64,000 bases of DNA from Candidatus Thorarchaeota archaeon (lineage in GTDB: Archaea > Asgardarchaeota > Thorarchaeia > Thorarchaeales > Thorarchaeaceae): the NCBI GenBank assembly GCA_046482545.1, contig JAWOEX010000009.1, positions 1-64,000 of the forward strand, read 5' to 3'. Positions 19,190 to 29,185 of this stretch are shown piece by piece. A model generated the notes under the pieces. That model saw nothing but the letters and a program-made list of their open reading frames with translations, was not told the DNA's origin and made no database searches. Each line of letters opens with the position of its first letter. Positions within the stretch are counted from its first letter, which is position 1. A program made the translations under genes and the position numbers.

Positions 19190-20425
19190 CTATAACTGTG
19201 CGTATCCCACAAGTCGCCACTTATTGTCAACCCGGCGACCGATAGCTATTCGTTGTCCTTCTTCAGCACAAACAGGTCTCTTTAGTGTCAGTTTGATTTG
19301 GTCTCCATGCAGTTTGGTTATGACGCCTACCGTTGCTGCTGTACCAACTACCAACATAAGAGGTTCATTTAGCCTAAGATTTTCCACTTGTTTCTTTGAT
19401 TCCATTCCTATAACTCGCTGCATGAGTTTTGGCTCAATCATCATTTCCGAAATCGTATCTGGCATCTTTCCTACTTTGCCCACAACATTCCCCACCAACC
19501 TATCCGCTCTGGTGGAGGCCGGATCAAGTCCCGTTCCTACACCAATGAGACCTCCAGGATATGCTTGTTTCAGCCTGTTCCCACTCCCTGATACGAGACT
19601 TCGAACCTTGGCTCGTATTGGTTTGAACTGGCCATCAACGCGCGCTCCTGGTGCAATCTCTATCTTATCACCAACTTCCAATTTTCCTTCAACTATAGAT
19701 CCACCAACTACTCCACCTTCTAGGTCATCTGGAGTTGTTCCCGGTCTATTGATGTCAAATGAGCGAGCGACGAACATCTTAGGCGGTTTGTCTTCAGGTC
19801 TTTCGGGGGTAGGAATAGTCTGCTGAATCTCCTGTATCAAATAATCGACATTAGCACCAAAGACAGCGGAAATCGGAATGATTGGTGCGTCTTCAGCCAT
19901 TGTGCCTCTGAGGAAGTCTTTGATTTGCTGGTAATGCTCTTTTGCTTCCTCCTCGGATACCAGTTCGATTTTGTTCTGAACCACTATTACATTCTCAACA
20001 CCGACAATCTCCAGAGCACGGAGGTGTTCGGATGTCTGAGGCATCGGACAATCCTCGTTGGCTGCAATCACCAGGATTGCACCGTCCATAATGCTTGCCC
20101 CACTCAGACATGTGGCCATTAGAGACTCGTGTCCCGGACTGTCAACAAAAGATATTTCTCGCAGGACCTCTAAATCAGTACCACACTTAGGGCATTTTCC
20201 TTCTTTTGCTAGGTAAGAAGTAGTATAGGCTTCAGGCTCAGGACACTCAGGGCATTTCATGAGTTTTGTAGCTGCATATCCTAACCGAATGGAGATGCCT
20301 CGCTTAACTTCGTCTGAATGACGGTCGGTCCATTCACCAGTCATATATTCCACCAGCGTTGTCTTGCCATGGTCAACGTGGCCTAACGTTCCTATGCTGA
20401 TTTCAGATTGCCCCTCGTATTTCAC
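19190..20425 (-). CDS. eif2g: Translation initiation factor aIF2 gamma
   Basis: GHVDHGKT, RGISIRLGY, DSPGHE, NKIE, Zn knuckle. Confidence 0.97.
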   Translation of the reverse strand: MKYEGQSEISIGTLGHVDHGKTTLVEYMTGEWTDRHSDEVKRGISIRLGYAATKLMKCPECPEPEAYTTSYLAKEGKCPKCGTDLEVLREISFVDSPGHESLMATCLSGASIMDGAILVIAANEDCPMPQTSEHLRALEIVGVENVIVVQNKIELVSEEEAKEHYQQIKDFLRGTMAEDAPIIPISAVFGANVDYLIQEIQQTIPTPERPEDKPPKMFVARSFDINRPGTTPDDLEGGVVGGSIVEGKLEVGDKIEIAPGARVDGQFKPIRAKVRSLVSGSGNRLKQAYPGGLIGVGTGLDPASTRADRLVGNVVGKVGKMPDTISEMMIEPKLMQRVIGMESKKQVENLRLNEPLMLVVGTAATVGVITKLHGDQIKLTLKRPVCAEEGQRIAIGRRVDNKWRLVGYAQL

Positions 20426-20545
20426 GTGGTTTTCACTTCCGACTGTCTATCATTTGCAGAGATTAGCCTCTGTATAAAATGTATGGTTTATGGTTCTTAC
20501 TGAAAGGACCGTTTGCATGGGGATTAGTCATCCACACGGGAAGGT

Positions 20546-20929
20546 TCAGGCTGCCTTCATAATCAGTTCTTCCAGAGGTGTGCTGCCTTTCTCTTCGACA
20601 CGCATATTTACTTGTGATATATCCATGTCTATTTCTCTTCCTCGTACGGTTTTTCTTCTTTTGAGGCCCTTCCGTTTCGGTCTGAATCCCGGTGGCCCTT
20701 TCATCAGGACCTTCTGTTTGCCACTGCCATGTACATCGCGGCGCATCGGGAAGCCAGAAGAATCACTACCGCCTGTTATCTTGAGCCTGTATCCGGGAAG
20801 GCCTATCGCATCGCCTTCGACGATTTCTCCAATGATGTTGCCTATCAATGCATTTGATTTTTCATCTTCGAGTTCGTATTGTACGGCAACGCCCTTTTCT
20901 GGATCTGAGATTACAAGCTTCAATGGCAC
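20546..20929 (-). CDS. rps6e: 30S ribosomal protein S6e
   Basis: KITGGSDSSGFPMR, RRKTVRG. Confidence 0.96.
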   Translation of the reverse strand: MPLKLVISDPEKGVAVQYELEDEKSNALIGNIIGEIVEGDAIGLPGYRLKITGGSDSSGFPMRRDVHGSGKQKVLMKGPPGFRPKRKGLKRRKTVRGREIDMDISQVNMRVEEKGSTPLEELIMKAA

Positions 20930-21140
20930 TACAATTCGCCTTCCCTTATGACTAAGATGGTGCCCTATTCAGGCTCCAGCTTTAGGCAAATTCTTGAGAT
21001 TATAAAAGATATGGTTTCAACCATCCAGTATCCTAACAGCTGAATGTTTGTATGTCATCTGACGCCAGGCTTCATGAATCTCACAAGTCACAATCGTTAT
21101 AATACCTCTAGCTTCACTCCGTTTATCCTGCTGGAGAAAG

Positions 21141-22319
21141 GTGCTAAACCTTATGGAATCTCTATTCATCTTTGCTATTGTTGGGGCAGTTTACCTCCTA
21201 GTCTATTTGATGGCCCGCGCTCTCGGTATTGAGAAGTTAAGAGAGAAAGGGGTCGACGCTGGCACGCCATTCTTCGTAATGATTCGCACCAAGAAAATCA
21301 ATGAATTCTTGACACGCATGGGTAAGAAGTTTCCTCGCGCGTTTTTCAATATCGGTGTAGTTGTCGCCTTTGGCGGTATGATTTACGGTTTCTGGATGTT
21401 TCTCAACAATCTACTCGCGTTCTTTATCGCTCCTTCACAAGCTGGAGCGGTGGTTCCCATCATTCCAGGCATCACCATAACCGGTCTACCACTGGTCTAT
21501 ATGCTCATTGGTCTGGCTATCACTTTGGTTACACACGAATTTGCCCATGGACTAGCTTCAGCAAAGGACAACATAGGAATTGAAAGCTCAGGTCTACTGT
21601 TTTTCTTCGTTCTATTTGGTGCCTTTGTTGAACCTGATGAGGAGGAATTTGAAGAGGAAGCCACACCAAAAGAACGAATGCGCCTGCTTGCCGCTGGCTC
21701 CTATTCGAATCTCATATTTGCTTTCATTGTTTTAGTTATTACGTTAAACTTCCCCGTTTTGATGTCAATTGGGTTCAACCAACCAAGTGGTGCATACATA
21801 TACGACATCTCAGCTGACACCCCGGCCGATCAAGCCCTTGAGATTGGAGATGTTATTACTGGCTTGAACAATACCGATATCGACAAGTGGAACGAAATTA
21901 GCCAATTCATGGCGAATACAGAACCCGGCGACTCCCTAACTATTGAGACACTTGAGGGCAACGTCACTATAGTGCTAGGGGCGAGTACCGCTAACGCATC
22001 AAAAGGTTACATTGGTATATATGGGGCCGATTATTGGAAACCTAAGCCGGGATGGGATTTCATCCTCAACCCCATGGTACCTTTTCATTTACAGCTCACT
22101 CTGACCTGGACTTTCATCATTCTATTCAGCGTGGCTCTGTTCAATTTGCTTCCCATTCCTGCGCTAGATGGCGACAAGTTACTGGCTAATGGTCTTCGCC
22201 TTGCGATTTCAGATGAGAAAAAGGTCAGCATGATTATGTGGCCCATGAGAATCTTCTCACTTGCGATTGTAGTTTTGAGCATGATTCTGACTTTCATGAG
22301 CGGAAAAACGCTGTTCTGA
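21141..22319 (+). CDS. Site-2 protease (M50) with PDZ insert
   Basis: HEFAH, GAFVEP, AAGS..N, FNLLPIPALDG. Confidence 0.93.
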   Translation: MLNLMESLFIFAIVGAVYLLVYLMARALGIEKLREKGVDAGTPFFVMIRTKKINEFLTRMGKKFPRAFFNIGVVVAFGGMIYGFWMFLNNLLAFFIAPSQAGAVVPIIPGITITGLPLVYMLIGLAITLVTHEFAHGLASAKDNIGIESSGLLFFFVLFGAFVEPDEEEFEEEATPKERMRLLAAGSYSNLIFAFIVLVITLNFPVLMSIGFNQPSGAYIYDISADTPADQALEIGDVITGLNNTDIDKWNEISQFMANTEPGDSLTIETLEGNVTIVLGASTANASKGYIGIYGADYWKPKPGWDFILNPMVPFHLQLTLTWTFIILFSVALFNLLPIPALDGDKLLANGLRLAISDEKKVSMIMWPMRIFSLAIVVLSMILTFMSGKTLF

Positions 22320-22447
22320 TAGTATGGTCATACATAAAGCGGAAACTCCATTGGTCCGTGGCATTCTTGGAGCTCACTAATCATGCTTTATCAGCTAGAA
22401 AAGCAGTTTTAACCCAGCTTTACAAGTCTTTTCTGAAGCTGACCGAC

Positions 22448-23380
22448 ATGTCCCCTCAATGTTCTAGATGTACTAGAGAGGCAGTCTACTTTCGCTGCTA
22501 TACAGAGGAAAAGCTATGCAAAAGATGCCTTTTGGATACAACACTGGACAAAATCAGGGAAACCATCAACCAGAGGGGCATGTTCAAGCGCGATGATAGA
22601 ATCATAGTTGCAATTTCTGGTGGCAAAGATAGTGCGGTCCTTCTTGATGCCCTAGTCCGAATAGAAGCGGCATATCCCGAAACAGAATTATGCCCCGTCA
22701 CTATCGATGAAGGCATTACAGGTTATAGAGACGAAGCTCTGAAAACTGCAAAAGAGCTTACATCCAATCTGGGCCTTAATCTTACTGTTTTATCGTTCAA
22801 TGATTTGTTTGGTTATTCCCTAGACGAAATCGTGGCAAATCGAGAGGAGAATGGACTTGGTGCATGTTCATATTGTGGCATCCTGAGGCGAAGGGCAATC
22901 AACAATGCAGCTCGAAAGATTGATGGAAATGTTATAACGACCGGGCACAACCTAGATGATGAAGCACAAACAGTAGTCATGAATGTACTAAGGGGCGACG
23001 CACATCGCATCGGGCGGATGAATCGCACTCGAGGTGGCACAATGGAAGGGTTCATTCCCCGCGTGAAGCCCATCACAAGACTCTCTGAGCGGGATATCGT
23101 CGCATATGCACATCACTTCTCATTACCGTATCATGATGCTCCCTGTCCATATGCCCATGAAGCCTACCGAAACGATGTCCGCCAGTTTCTCAACAGAATG
23201 GAACAGAAGCGCCCGGGCACACTTCTGGGAATACTTGGGTCATCCGAGAAAATTGCTGAAGCTATGAGGGCGGATACTTCTTCGTCCCAGTTCAATTCGT
23301 GTACTCGATGTGGCAATCCAACATCCGCAAAGGTGTGTAGAGTGTGCAAAATCCTTGAAAAAATCGGGGAGGCAATGTGA
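22448..23380 (+). CDS. tRNA 2-thiolation protein (NcsA/TtuA family)
   Basis: SGGKDS, CSYCG.LRR, GHNLDDE, CPY, terminal Zn fingers. Confidence 0.92.
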   Translation: MSPQCSRCTREAVYFRCYTEEKLCKRCLLDTTLDKIRETINQRGMFKRDDRIIVAISGGKDSAVLLDALVRIEAAYPETELCPVTIDEGITGYRDEALKTAKELTSNLGLNLTVLSFNDLFGYSLDEIVANREENGLGACSYCGILRRRAINNAARKIDGNVITTGHNLDDEAQTVVMNVLRGDAHRIGRMNRTRGGTMEGFIPRVKPITRLSERDIVAYAHHFSLPYHDAPCPYAHEAYRNDVRQFLNRMEQKRPGTLLGILGSSEKIAEAMRADTSSSQFNSCTRCGNPTSAKVCRVCKILEKIGEAM

Positions 23381-24087
23381 ACTTCATGTCAAGGCGCCCC
23401 GAAGAACTTCATCGAACCCGCCTAGTAAAATATGATACGACTCGATGGAAGCAGCTGGAGAATCTACGAAACCGGGCTCTCGACGTAATCAGTAATCTTT
23501 ACTCATCCGGTATCGACTCCTATGTGTATGGGTCGGTAGCACGCGGTGATGTATCTACAACATCTGACATCGACATAATAATCCCGTATCCTGTATCCAG
23601 CTTCAAAGTGGAACTGGCAATAGGAAAAGGAACTCACAGAGAAGCAGTCCAAGCTACGCCATCATCTGTAGTCAAGGGGCATATCTACCTGAGGCAGAAC
23701 ACGGTGGTCACCTTTCCGCTTTTCAAGATGCTATCGAGAGAACGTGATTTCTACAAGTGGGGAGGGATGGTCAACACAACACAGCTAGAAAAAGATACTC
23801 GGGTACCAGGGGTGGATAAGAGACTGCTCTTTATTGAGCCCACGAATTCAGGTCACCGAGAAAGCGGTGTTATTGGTCACGAACACGAGGTGGCAAAGAA
23901 GCTTGATGTTAGTGTGGAGATCGCGAAGGAGCGCGTAAGGGTATTAACGCGGCGTAGTAATGTTGGCCGTACAGGAGTATACTTGACCAAGCAGCTAAAT
24001 ATGGATGAGAGCTTTGAAGAAGTCTTGAAGAATCTAAGAGATAGAAATCCAGCCATCCGGCGGACCATTGAAAACCGATTAGAGTAG
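23377..24087 (+). CDS. Pol-beta superfamily nucleotidyltransferase (COG2413-like)
   Basis: YGSVARGDV..SDIDI, RVPGVDKRL, GRTG. Confidence 0.85.
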   Translation: MNFMSRRPEELHRTRLVKYDTTRWKQLENLRNRALDVISNLYSSGIDSYVYGSVARGDVSTTSDIDIIIPYPVSSFKVELAIGKGTHREAVQATPSSVVKGHIYLRQNTVVTFPLFKMLSRERDFYKWGGMVNTTQLEKDTRVPGVDKRLLFIEPTNSGHRESGVIGHEHEVAKKLDVSVEIAKERVRVLTRRSNVGRTGVYLTKQLNMDESFEEVLKNLRDRNPAIRRTIENRLE

Positions 24088-24097
24088 GAGGGATGTT

Positions 24098-25216
24098 GTG
24101 ACACGAAATATCAAAGAGATTGAAGCAGGGTCTCTAATCGTAGGAGAACTCCCTGAGGGCTGCAAGCGATGTGCAGAGGGGTCTAAGATGGTACTCTTCG
24201 TTACTGGACTCTGTGATAGTCATTGCTTCTATTGCCCCCTCTCAATGGAGAAGAAGAATCAAGATGTTGTTTTTGCGGATGAGATGCCAGTACAAAATGA
24301 ATCTGATATTTTGTACGAACTGAAGGCCATTGGTGCGAAAGGTGCAGGCATCAGCGGAGGTGACCCCCTTTACAAGCTCGACCGAACAGTCAGATATATT
24401 GAACTGATGAAAAACGAAATGGGACCGGATTTTCACATTCATCTATATACTGCCAAATCCGATATTGCGTTTGATTCTTTGGCGAGATTGAAATCAACCG
24501 GGCTTGACGAAATCCGCTTTCATCCGCAATATGATGACTGGTCAGGAATCTACTCAGCTCTCGAGTTTGATTGGCGTGTGGGATTAGAAGTCCCGGCTAT
24601 TCCCAATGAGGAACATAATCTCATCAATTTGGCTCAGAGAGCAGAAGAATGCGGTGTTCATTTCATGAATATCAACGAACTCGAAGCAAGCGAAAGCAAT
24701 TTCTCGAAATTGGTCAGTCTAGGTTTTCGTTTGACAAGTCTCGATGCTGCCAGTATCGAGGAAAGTGAGACCATTGCTAAGGAAGTGCTATCATGGGGAG
24801 CGTCTAACTTACACAATCTATCGCTACACTATTGCTCTGCTCGGTTCAAAGACTCCGTTCAAATGTGCAACCGTTTAGAGCGTCGTCTGGAACGTACCAT
24901 TCGGCCTTTTGAAGAACGGGACAAAAATGAACCGCTTGTGATTCTTGGAATCGTCCGGGCAAAGCACGGTTCTCATCTATCAAGTGAGCAATTAGAATCA
25001 ATCTGGCAGATTTTAGTAGATAGTTATGAGGTTCCAAACGATTTGTGCAACTTGAACATAGCTCGCGACAGGATTGAACTAGCCCCTTGGGTTCTTGTTG
25101 AATTGGCCGGCGAACTTAGGACTGAACTCAGTGAACAAATCTCCAGTCTGGAAATCGGAATCGCCTATGAGTACCCTTCTTGTGACAGGCTTCAGACACA
25201 GTTTATCCCGGTATAG
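24098..25216 (+). CDS. Radical SAM protein (COG2108-like)
   Basis: TGLCDSHCFYCP, SGGDP, GLDEIRFHP. Confidence 0.9.
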   Translation: MTRNIKEIEAGSLIVGELPEGCKRCAEGSKMVLFVTGLCDSHCFYCPLSMEKKNQDVVFADEMPVQNESDILYELKAIGAKGAGISGGDPLYKLDRTVRYIELMKNEMGPDFHIHLYTAKSDIAFDSLARLKSTGLDEIRFHPQYDDWSGIYSALEFDWRVGLEVPAIPNEEHNLINLAQRAEECGVHFMNINELEASESNFSKLVSLGFRLTSLDAASIEESETIAKEVLSWGASNLHNLSLHYCSARFKDSVQMCNRLERRLERTIRPFEERDKNEPLVILGIVRAKHGSHLSSEQLESIWQILVDSYEVPNDLCNLNIARDRIELAPWVLVELAGELRTELSEQISSLEIGIAYEYPSCDRLQTQFIPV

Positions 25217-26305
25217 CTATTGACCTATCGAAAAACGAAGAATTGCAGCCAGCCCTCCCAAGTTCTGCAGCTGGTCGCCGGCTGGGTGGTCTGTGGACAC
25301 AACATGGAAAGAACCACGGGCATTCTCAGTATCCCGAATCAATTTATCCATCCACCGCCGTCTCTCTTCGTCGGCATCTCTCAGCTTCTTATCGTTTATA
25401 AGCAGCTCCTCTACTGCTCCGTATTGTACTGCCCTCTCAACTTCATCATCACCATATGTTGCAAGTCCATCCTCTTTCGCCAAGTGTTTGAGAACTTCTT
25501 CTACCAGCTTGGTTTCTTTCTCAATCTTGAGCCCTTCTATGGCTTCTGAGATTACACCATGGTAGAGTATTTCTTTCGCTGCTGGAATTCCAGTGGTTCC
25601 TGTGCCTTGTACTATGACTGGAGGCAGGTCACTTATGCCCTCATCCAACAGATAGTCTTTGAAATGATCTTTCACAAATCCCGGACCTGCAATCACTACC
25701 AGAGCTATCTCATTCTGTTCAAGCTGTGATCTTACAGCTAAGACTACACTGGAAAAGAACTCGCGCATGGTCGCATCGTGAGATTTCTGGCTTCCGTGTT
25801 TTCGTGAAATACTTTGTCGAACAGATACAGCTTCTCTGATTCCATAATCTGCTACAAGAATAAGCTCGGCCACACCATCCTCAATGGTGATGACAAGACA
25901 GACGGGTCGCGCATGGGCTTCTTCTGCCTCCTTCAATCTCTTCAGGGCGTATCTTGGCCAATGCTCCTTTATTATCGTGATTTTATCATTAGGTTCAACA
26001 TTGAAAGTATGATACGATCCTGTACTCACCCAATCTTCTGGCCCTTCGACTATTGTGCCCTTGATTCGAACCCTGTTGGTGAAATTGTGAAACGAAACAT
26101 CTTCTACTTTGAGCTTCAGGGTCATGTATTTGCGAACGCTATCTTGCTTTCTGGCATTTTCATCCCCAATCTTGACTTTGCGACTGGTGCGGGCGATTAC
26201 TTGATCTCCTTTGTCCACTATATTGTAAAGGTGCCATAAATCGTCAAGTGTATCTAATTTGATGACAATCTTACCATTGCGCATAATCCTTTTCAATACT
26301 TTCAA
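25217..26305 (-). CDS. pelA: Pelota (aDom34) ribosome rescue factor
   Basis: DDLWHL, GSYHT, IAGPGF, LGGLAAILRF; TTG start after GGAGG. Confidence 0.93.
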   Translation of the reverse strand: MKVLKRIMRNGKIVIKLDTLDDLWHLYNIVDKGDQVIARTSRKVKIGDENARKQDSVRKYMTLKLKVEDVSFHNFTNRVRIKGTIVEGPEDWVSTGSYHTFNVEPNDKITIIKEHWPRYALKRLKEAEEAHARPVCLVITIEDGVAELILVADYGIREAVSVRQSISRKHGSQKSHDATMREFFSSVVLAVRSQLEQNEIALVVIAGPGFVKDHFKDYLLDEGISDLPPVIVQGTGTTGIPAAKEILYHGVISEAIEGLKIEKETKLVEEVLKHLAKEDGLATYGDDEVERAVQYGAVEELLINDKKLRDADEERRRWMDKLIRDTENARGSFHVVSTDHPAGDQLQNLGGLAAILRFSIGQ

Positions 26306-26331
26306 GGCGTAGTCAGCCCTCCTATGAGGTA

Positions 26332-27771
26332 TTAGAAGAAATAGTCTCTGCTTTCCGAACTGCCTTCGATTGTACATGTTGTATCTGTGTACTTTCCAGT
26401 CTGATCTAGGAGATTCATCGATATCGGTTTAGCTGATTTCACATGCTTCGCAGATACATGGGAATCGTTTTCCTGTACTGCAAGGTCTCCTGCTACTCTG
26501 ATCACCCCACCGAGTTCTCGCAATCTCAAGGTTAACGCATTTTTCATTCCGTCCATTTCATCAGCGATTTTTTGTGATATAGTGATGATCTCTCTTAGTG
26601 CTTCTGATGTGAAATGAGGAATTCTGCCGTCCTCTTCTATGGTCTGAGCCACAAACCGGATGGTCCCTTTAATTGATTCTTCGTTCTTTTCCATCCATGA
26701 TGCGAGTTTTATTTCATAACCGTACCCGCGGATTCGCGAACGCAAGGGTGGCAGGATATGCGCGAGGTCCTCCAAATTACAGGCTGCAAACAAGATGAAA
26801 TCACAGGGCACATCATCTACCCGAACTGCCGCACCAGAGCTTCTTGGATTATGGCCGGAAATGGGATAGTTCCGATCCTGCATTGCAGTCAACAGATGCT
26901 TCTGATATTGACCTAGAGACGCGATTTCATCAATGAAGAGGATGCCTTCATGGGCTTCGTGAATTGCTCCTGGTACAACACGCATGTGCGCGGGTGTAGA
27001 TTGCGGTCCTGAGCCATATGGGCTATGTTCTACATCTCCCAGTAGCTCCACGGGACTTGCCCCACTTACTCGTACGAAACGTTTGGAGTTGAGTGGTACC
27101 AGAATCCTCTCAGTTTCGGTGTTTTCCTTGCCCTTCCTTTTTCCTTGTTGAACTGTAGATCTTCTTATCGCTTTGACCATACCATGCTTGTCTTTCTGGT
27201 AAATTATTTCGCTTACCCTGTCTCTCGTGACTTCCTGATGTTCTACCGATTCGAGAGCTGGTTCCTTCATTACTTGAAACATTCTGAAAAGACCTGAATA
27301 AGCGTCTGCTTGTTCCAGATTCGCCCTCTTGGTTGAACCACAATCCATACAAACATGCTGCTCAGGCGATCCAAAGCATCCACACCTCGGACAGCGATAC
27401 CCCATCTTTACAGCTACCTCGAAGGGAATGTCTTCTGCTCTCACATAGGTGACAACGCTTTCCTGATTCAGCTCTTTCCTCCTTTCTGTTGTTTCGCACT
27501 CCTTCGTAGTATATACAATCGGCCTATTCACTTCAGCATCGTTCTGTTTGATACGTATCTCCTCTTTGGGGGCCGGCAGAATCGAGTATGCTGCTTTTGC
27601 AATCATAGACTTGCCGATACCCGGGGGGCCACACAGCAGGACATGCCTTCTTTGCAGAACTGCAGAACGTACCAGCTTGATTGCATTATGTTGACCGACA
27701 ATTCTCTCAAATGGATCACTTGGAACATCTACCTCTTCAGTTGTCTTAAGTGTCTCCAGAATGTCTGTCAA
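26332..27771 (-). CDS. LonB-type AAA+ ATPase lacking the protease domain
   Basis: GPPGIGKS, PGAIHEAHEGILFIDEI, PLRSRIRGYG, LRLRELGG; ends before any Ser-Lys protease domain. Confidence 0.8.
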   Translation of the reverse strand: MTDILETLKTTEEVDVPSDPFERIVGQHNAIKLVRSAVLQRRHVLLCGPPGIGKSMIAKAAYSILPAPKEEIRIKQNDAEVNRPIVYTTKECETTERRKELNQESVVTYVRAEDIPFEVAVKMGYRCPRCGCFGSPEQHVCMDCGSTKRANLEQADAYSGLFRMFQVMKEPALESVEHQEVTRDRVSEIIYQKDKHGMVKAIRRSTVQQGKRKGKENTETERILVPLNSKRFVRVSGASPVELLGDVEHSPYGSGPQSTPAHMRVVPGAIHEAHEGILFIDEIASLGQYQKHLLTAMQDRNYPISGHNPRSSGAAVRVDDVPCDFILFAACNLEDLAHILPPLRSRIRGYGYEIKLASWMEKNEESIKGTIRFVAQTIEEDGRIPHFTSEALREIITISQKIADEMDGMKNALTLRLRELGGVIRVAGDLAVQENDSHVSAKHVKSAKPISMNLLDQTGKYTDTTCTIEGSSESRDYFF

Positions 27772-27910
27772 ACCTGATAACCTCTTGTCTGTGCTATCCA
27801 GATGATTGACTGAGATAATACTGTGTATTATCTGCAAAGCACTCGGCTCAAAGGTATAAAAGAGAAGAAAGGGGACGTATCCCCTTGATATTCTACTCTC
27901 GCACTAACGT

Positions 27911-28354
27911 CTATTCGTATTCGATATTGATATCAGACACCAGTTTAACACAGGAGCCCAGCAGGCAGTTGCCAATAGGACAATTGTCTTTGGCCATATT
28001 GAAGAGCTTCTTGATTCTTGTCTCGTTAGCGCCTTTTGATACTGTTACGGTGGTGTCAATACTGATTGATTCGAATGCGCTTTTCTGTGTCTCTTCATCA
28101 GTGACATATTCGCCTGAAATATCGGATGTTATGTCACTGAATTCGATGTGCCCTTTCTCAAGTGCTATCTCGAAAATGAGGTTCACGCATGAGCCCACGG
28201 AGGCCAAAAACAGATGATGGGGACTACTCGCATCCTCGTGTTCGCTCATATCGGGAGGAGGAACTACGTCGATAGTTTTGTTCCCTCCAAGCGTAATATT
28301 GTGCACCTTTTCTTTGTCAGTTCTATGTAGCTTAGCTGTAAATGTGGTTGCCAT
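27911..28354 (-). CDS. OsmC family protein
   Basis: SPHHLFLASVGSC...CPI. Confidence 0.85.
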   Translation of the reverse strand: MATTFTAKLHRTDKEKVHNITLGGNKTIDVVPPPDMSEHEDASSPHHLFLASVGSCVNLIFEIALEKGHIEFSDITSDISGEYVTDEETQKSAFESISIDTTVTVSKGANETRIKKLFNMAKDNCPIGNCLLGSCVKLVSDINIEYE

Positions 28355-28603
28355 TATAACCAACTCTTTGTTTTTCGGGTTCCTATCGGACTGATCACCA
28401 GTATGGTCCGCAATCACAGACAGGAGACTTCCCTTTTCACATGGTTGAGGCATCATGGCTTCAATAAAAAACAATTGATACCTTACAAATTTTCGAATAA
28501 ATCCGGTATCAAAACGTTGTGTAAACCTCCTTGCGCACTTCTCTCTTATCCTACAAAATTGGGTGTGAATTATGATAGGTATGGAACAATTCTGCAGTAG
28601 ACC

Positions 28604-29162
28604 TAGGCAAGTGGGCTAGTGCTGTGCACGACGCACACGGCCGAAAGCTGTGAGGTGGACGCGTTCCACTAAGCAGAAGTCCTCACTCTCCACACAGGAA
28701 CTTCATCAGGTTTCGGAGAGTCCGCGGCTGTTCGCTTTGTCCAATTGGATTTGTCCAGCTTCGGTGACGAAGCCGGGCAGAGCGATAATAACCCCGCCGT
28801 GGTAAAAGCTGTGGGAACACTCGCTGCCTCTGGACGTGATGTGTCCGGGTCAGGGCAGGAGACAGAAGCCGAGGCCGCAAGAAGGACCGTGTCCTGATGA
28901 TGGCGGCCAAAGTCCTTGCTTGGCCGGGGGTAGCGCCCTGGTATAGTGGTAACACTGGGCAAGGGAAGGGTGGAACAGGAGTTTCATACAGTTGCTAAAA
29001 CTGTATGAAACGGGTTATCAAGAGCTGAGGAGTATCTTGATGGGGGTGACGCTGGGCAGGAGAAAGCTGGAACACAGAAGTTTCAAGCAATTCTAGTTCA
29101 CTCTCTCATGAGAGGTGGACTGCAAAGATTCCACTACCGCACAGATTACGGCCGCCTGTTTA
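28604..29162 (+). ncRNA. Large structured ncRNA (about 560 nt), possibly a highly divergent/expanded RNase P-like RNA
   Basis: GC-rich, no credible ORF; paired ends, GNRA tetraloops, canonical k-turn 28873-28908, 13-bp hairpin 28981-29011; G-U pairs indicate + strand. Confidence 0.65.
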
Positions 29163-29185
29163 ATCCGCTCTTCTGTACCAAAAGT

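Noticed and set aside
19077-19826. Long antisense ORFs (also 40482-41087, 48030-48731)
   Set aside because: Shadows of conserved genes on the opposite strand
28669-28962. Short minus-strand ORFs over the large RNA
   Set aside because: No protein-like features; explained by GC-rich structured sequence
28654-29011. Hairpin insertions in the large RNA as BHB introns
   Set aside because: Could not build clean 3-4-3 BHB motifs, and removal did not restore a canonical RNase P P4
28604-29162. Group I/II intron, hammerhead, cobalamin riboswitch or SRP identity for the large RNA
   Set aside because: No domain V or P7 motifs, CUGAUGA lacks the GAAA partner, no B12 box order, no SRP helix-8 loop
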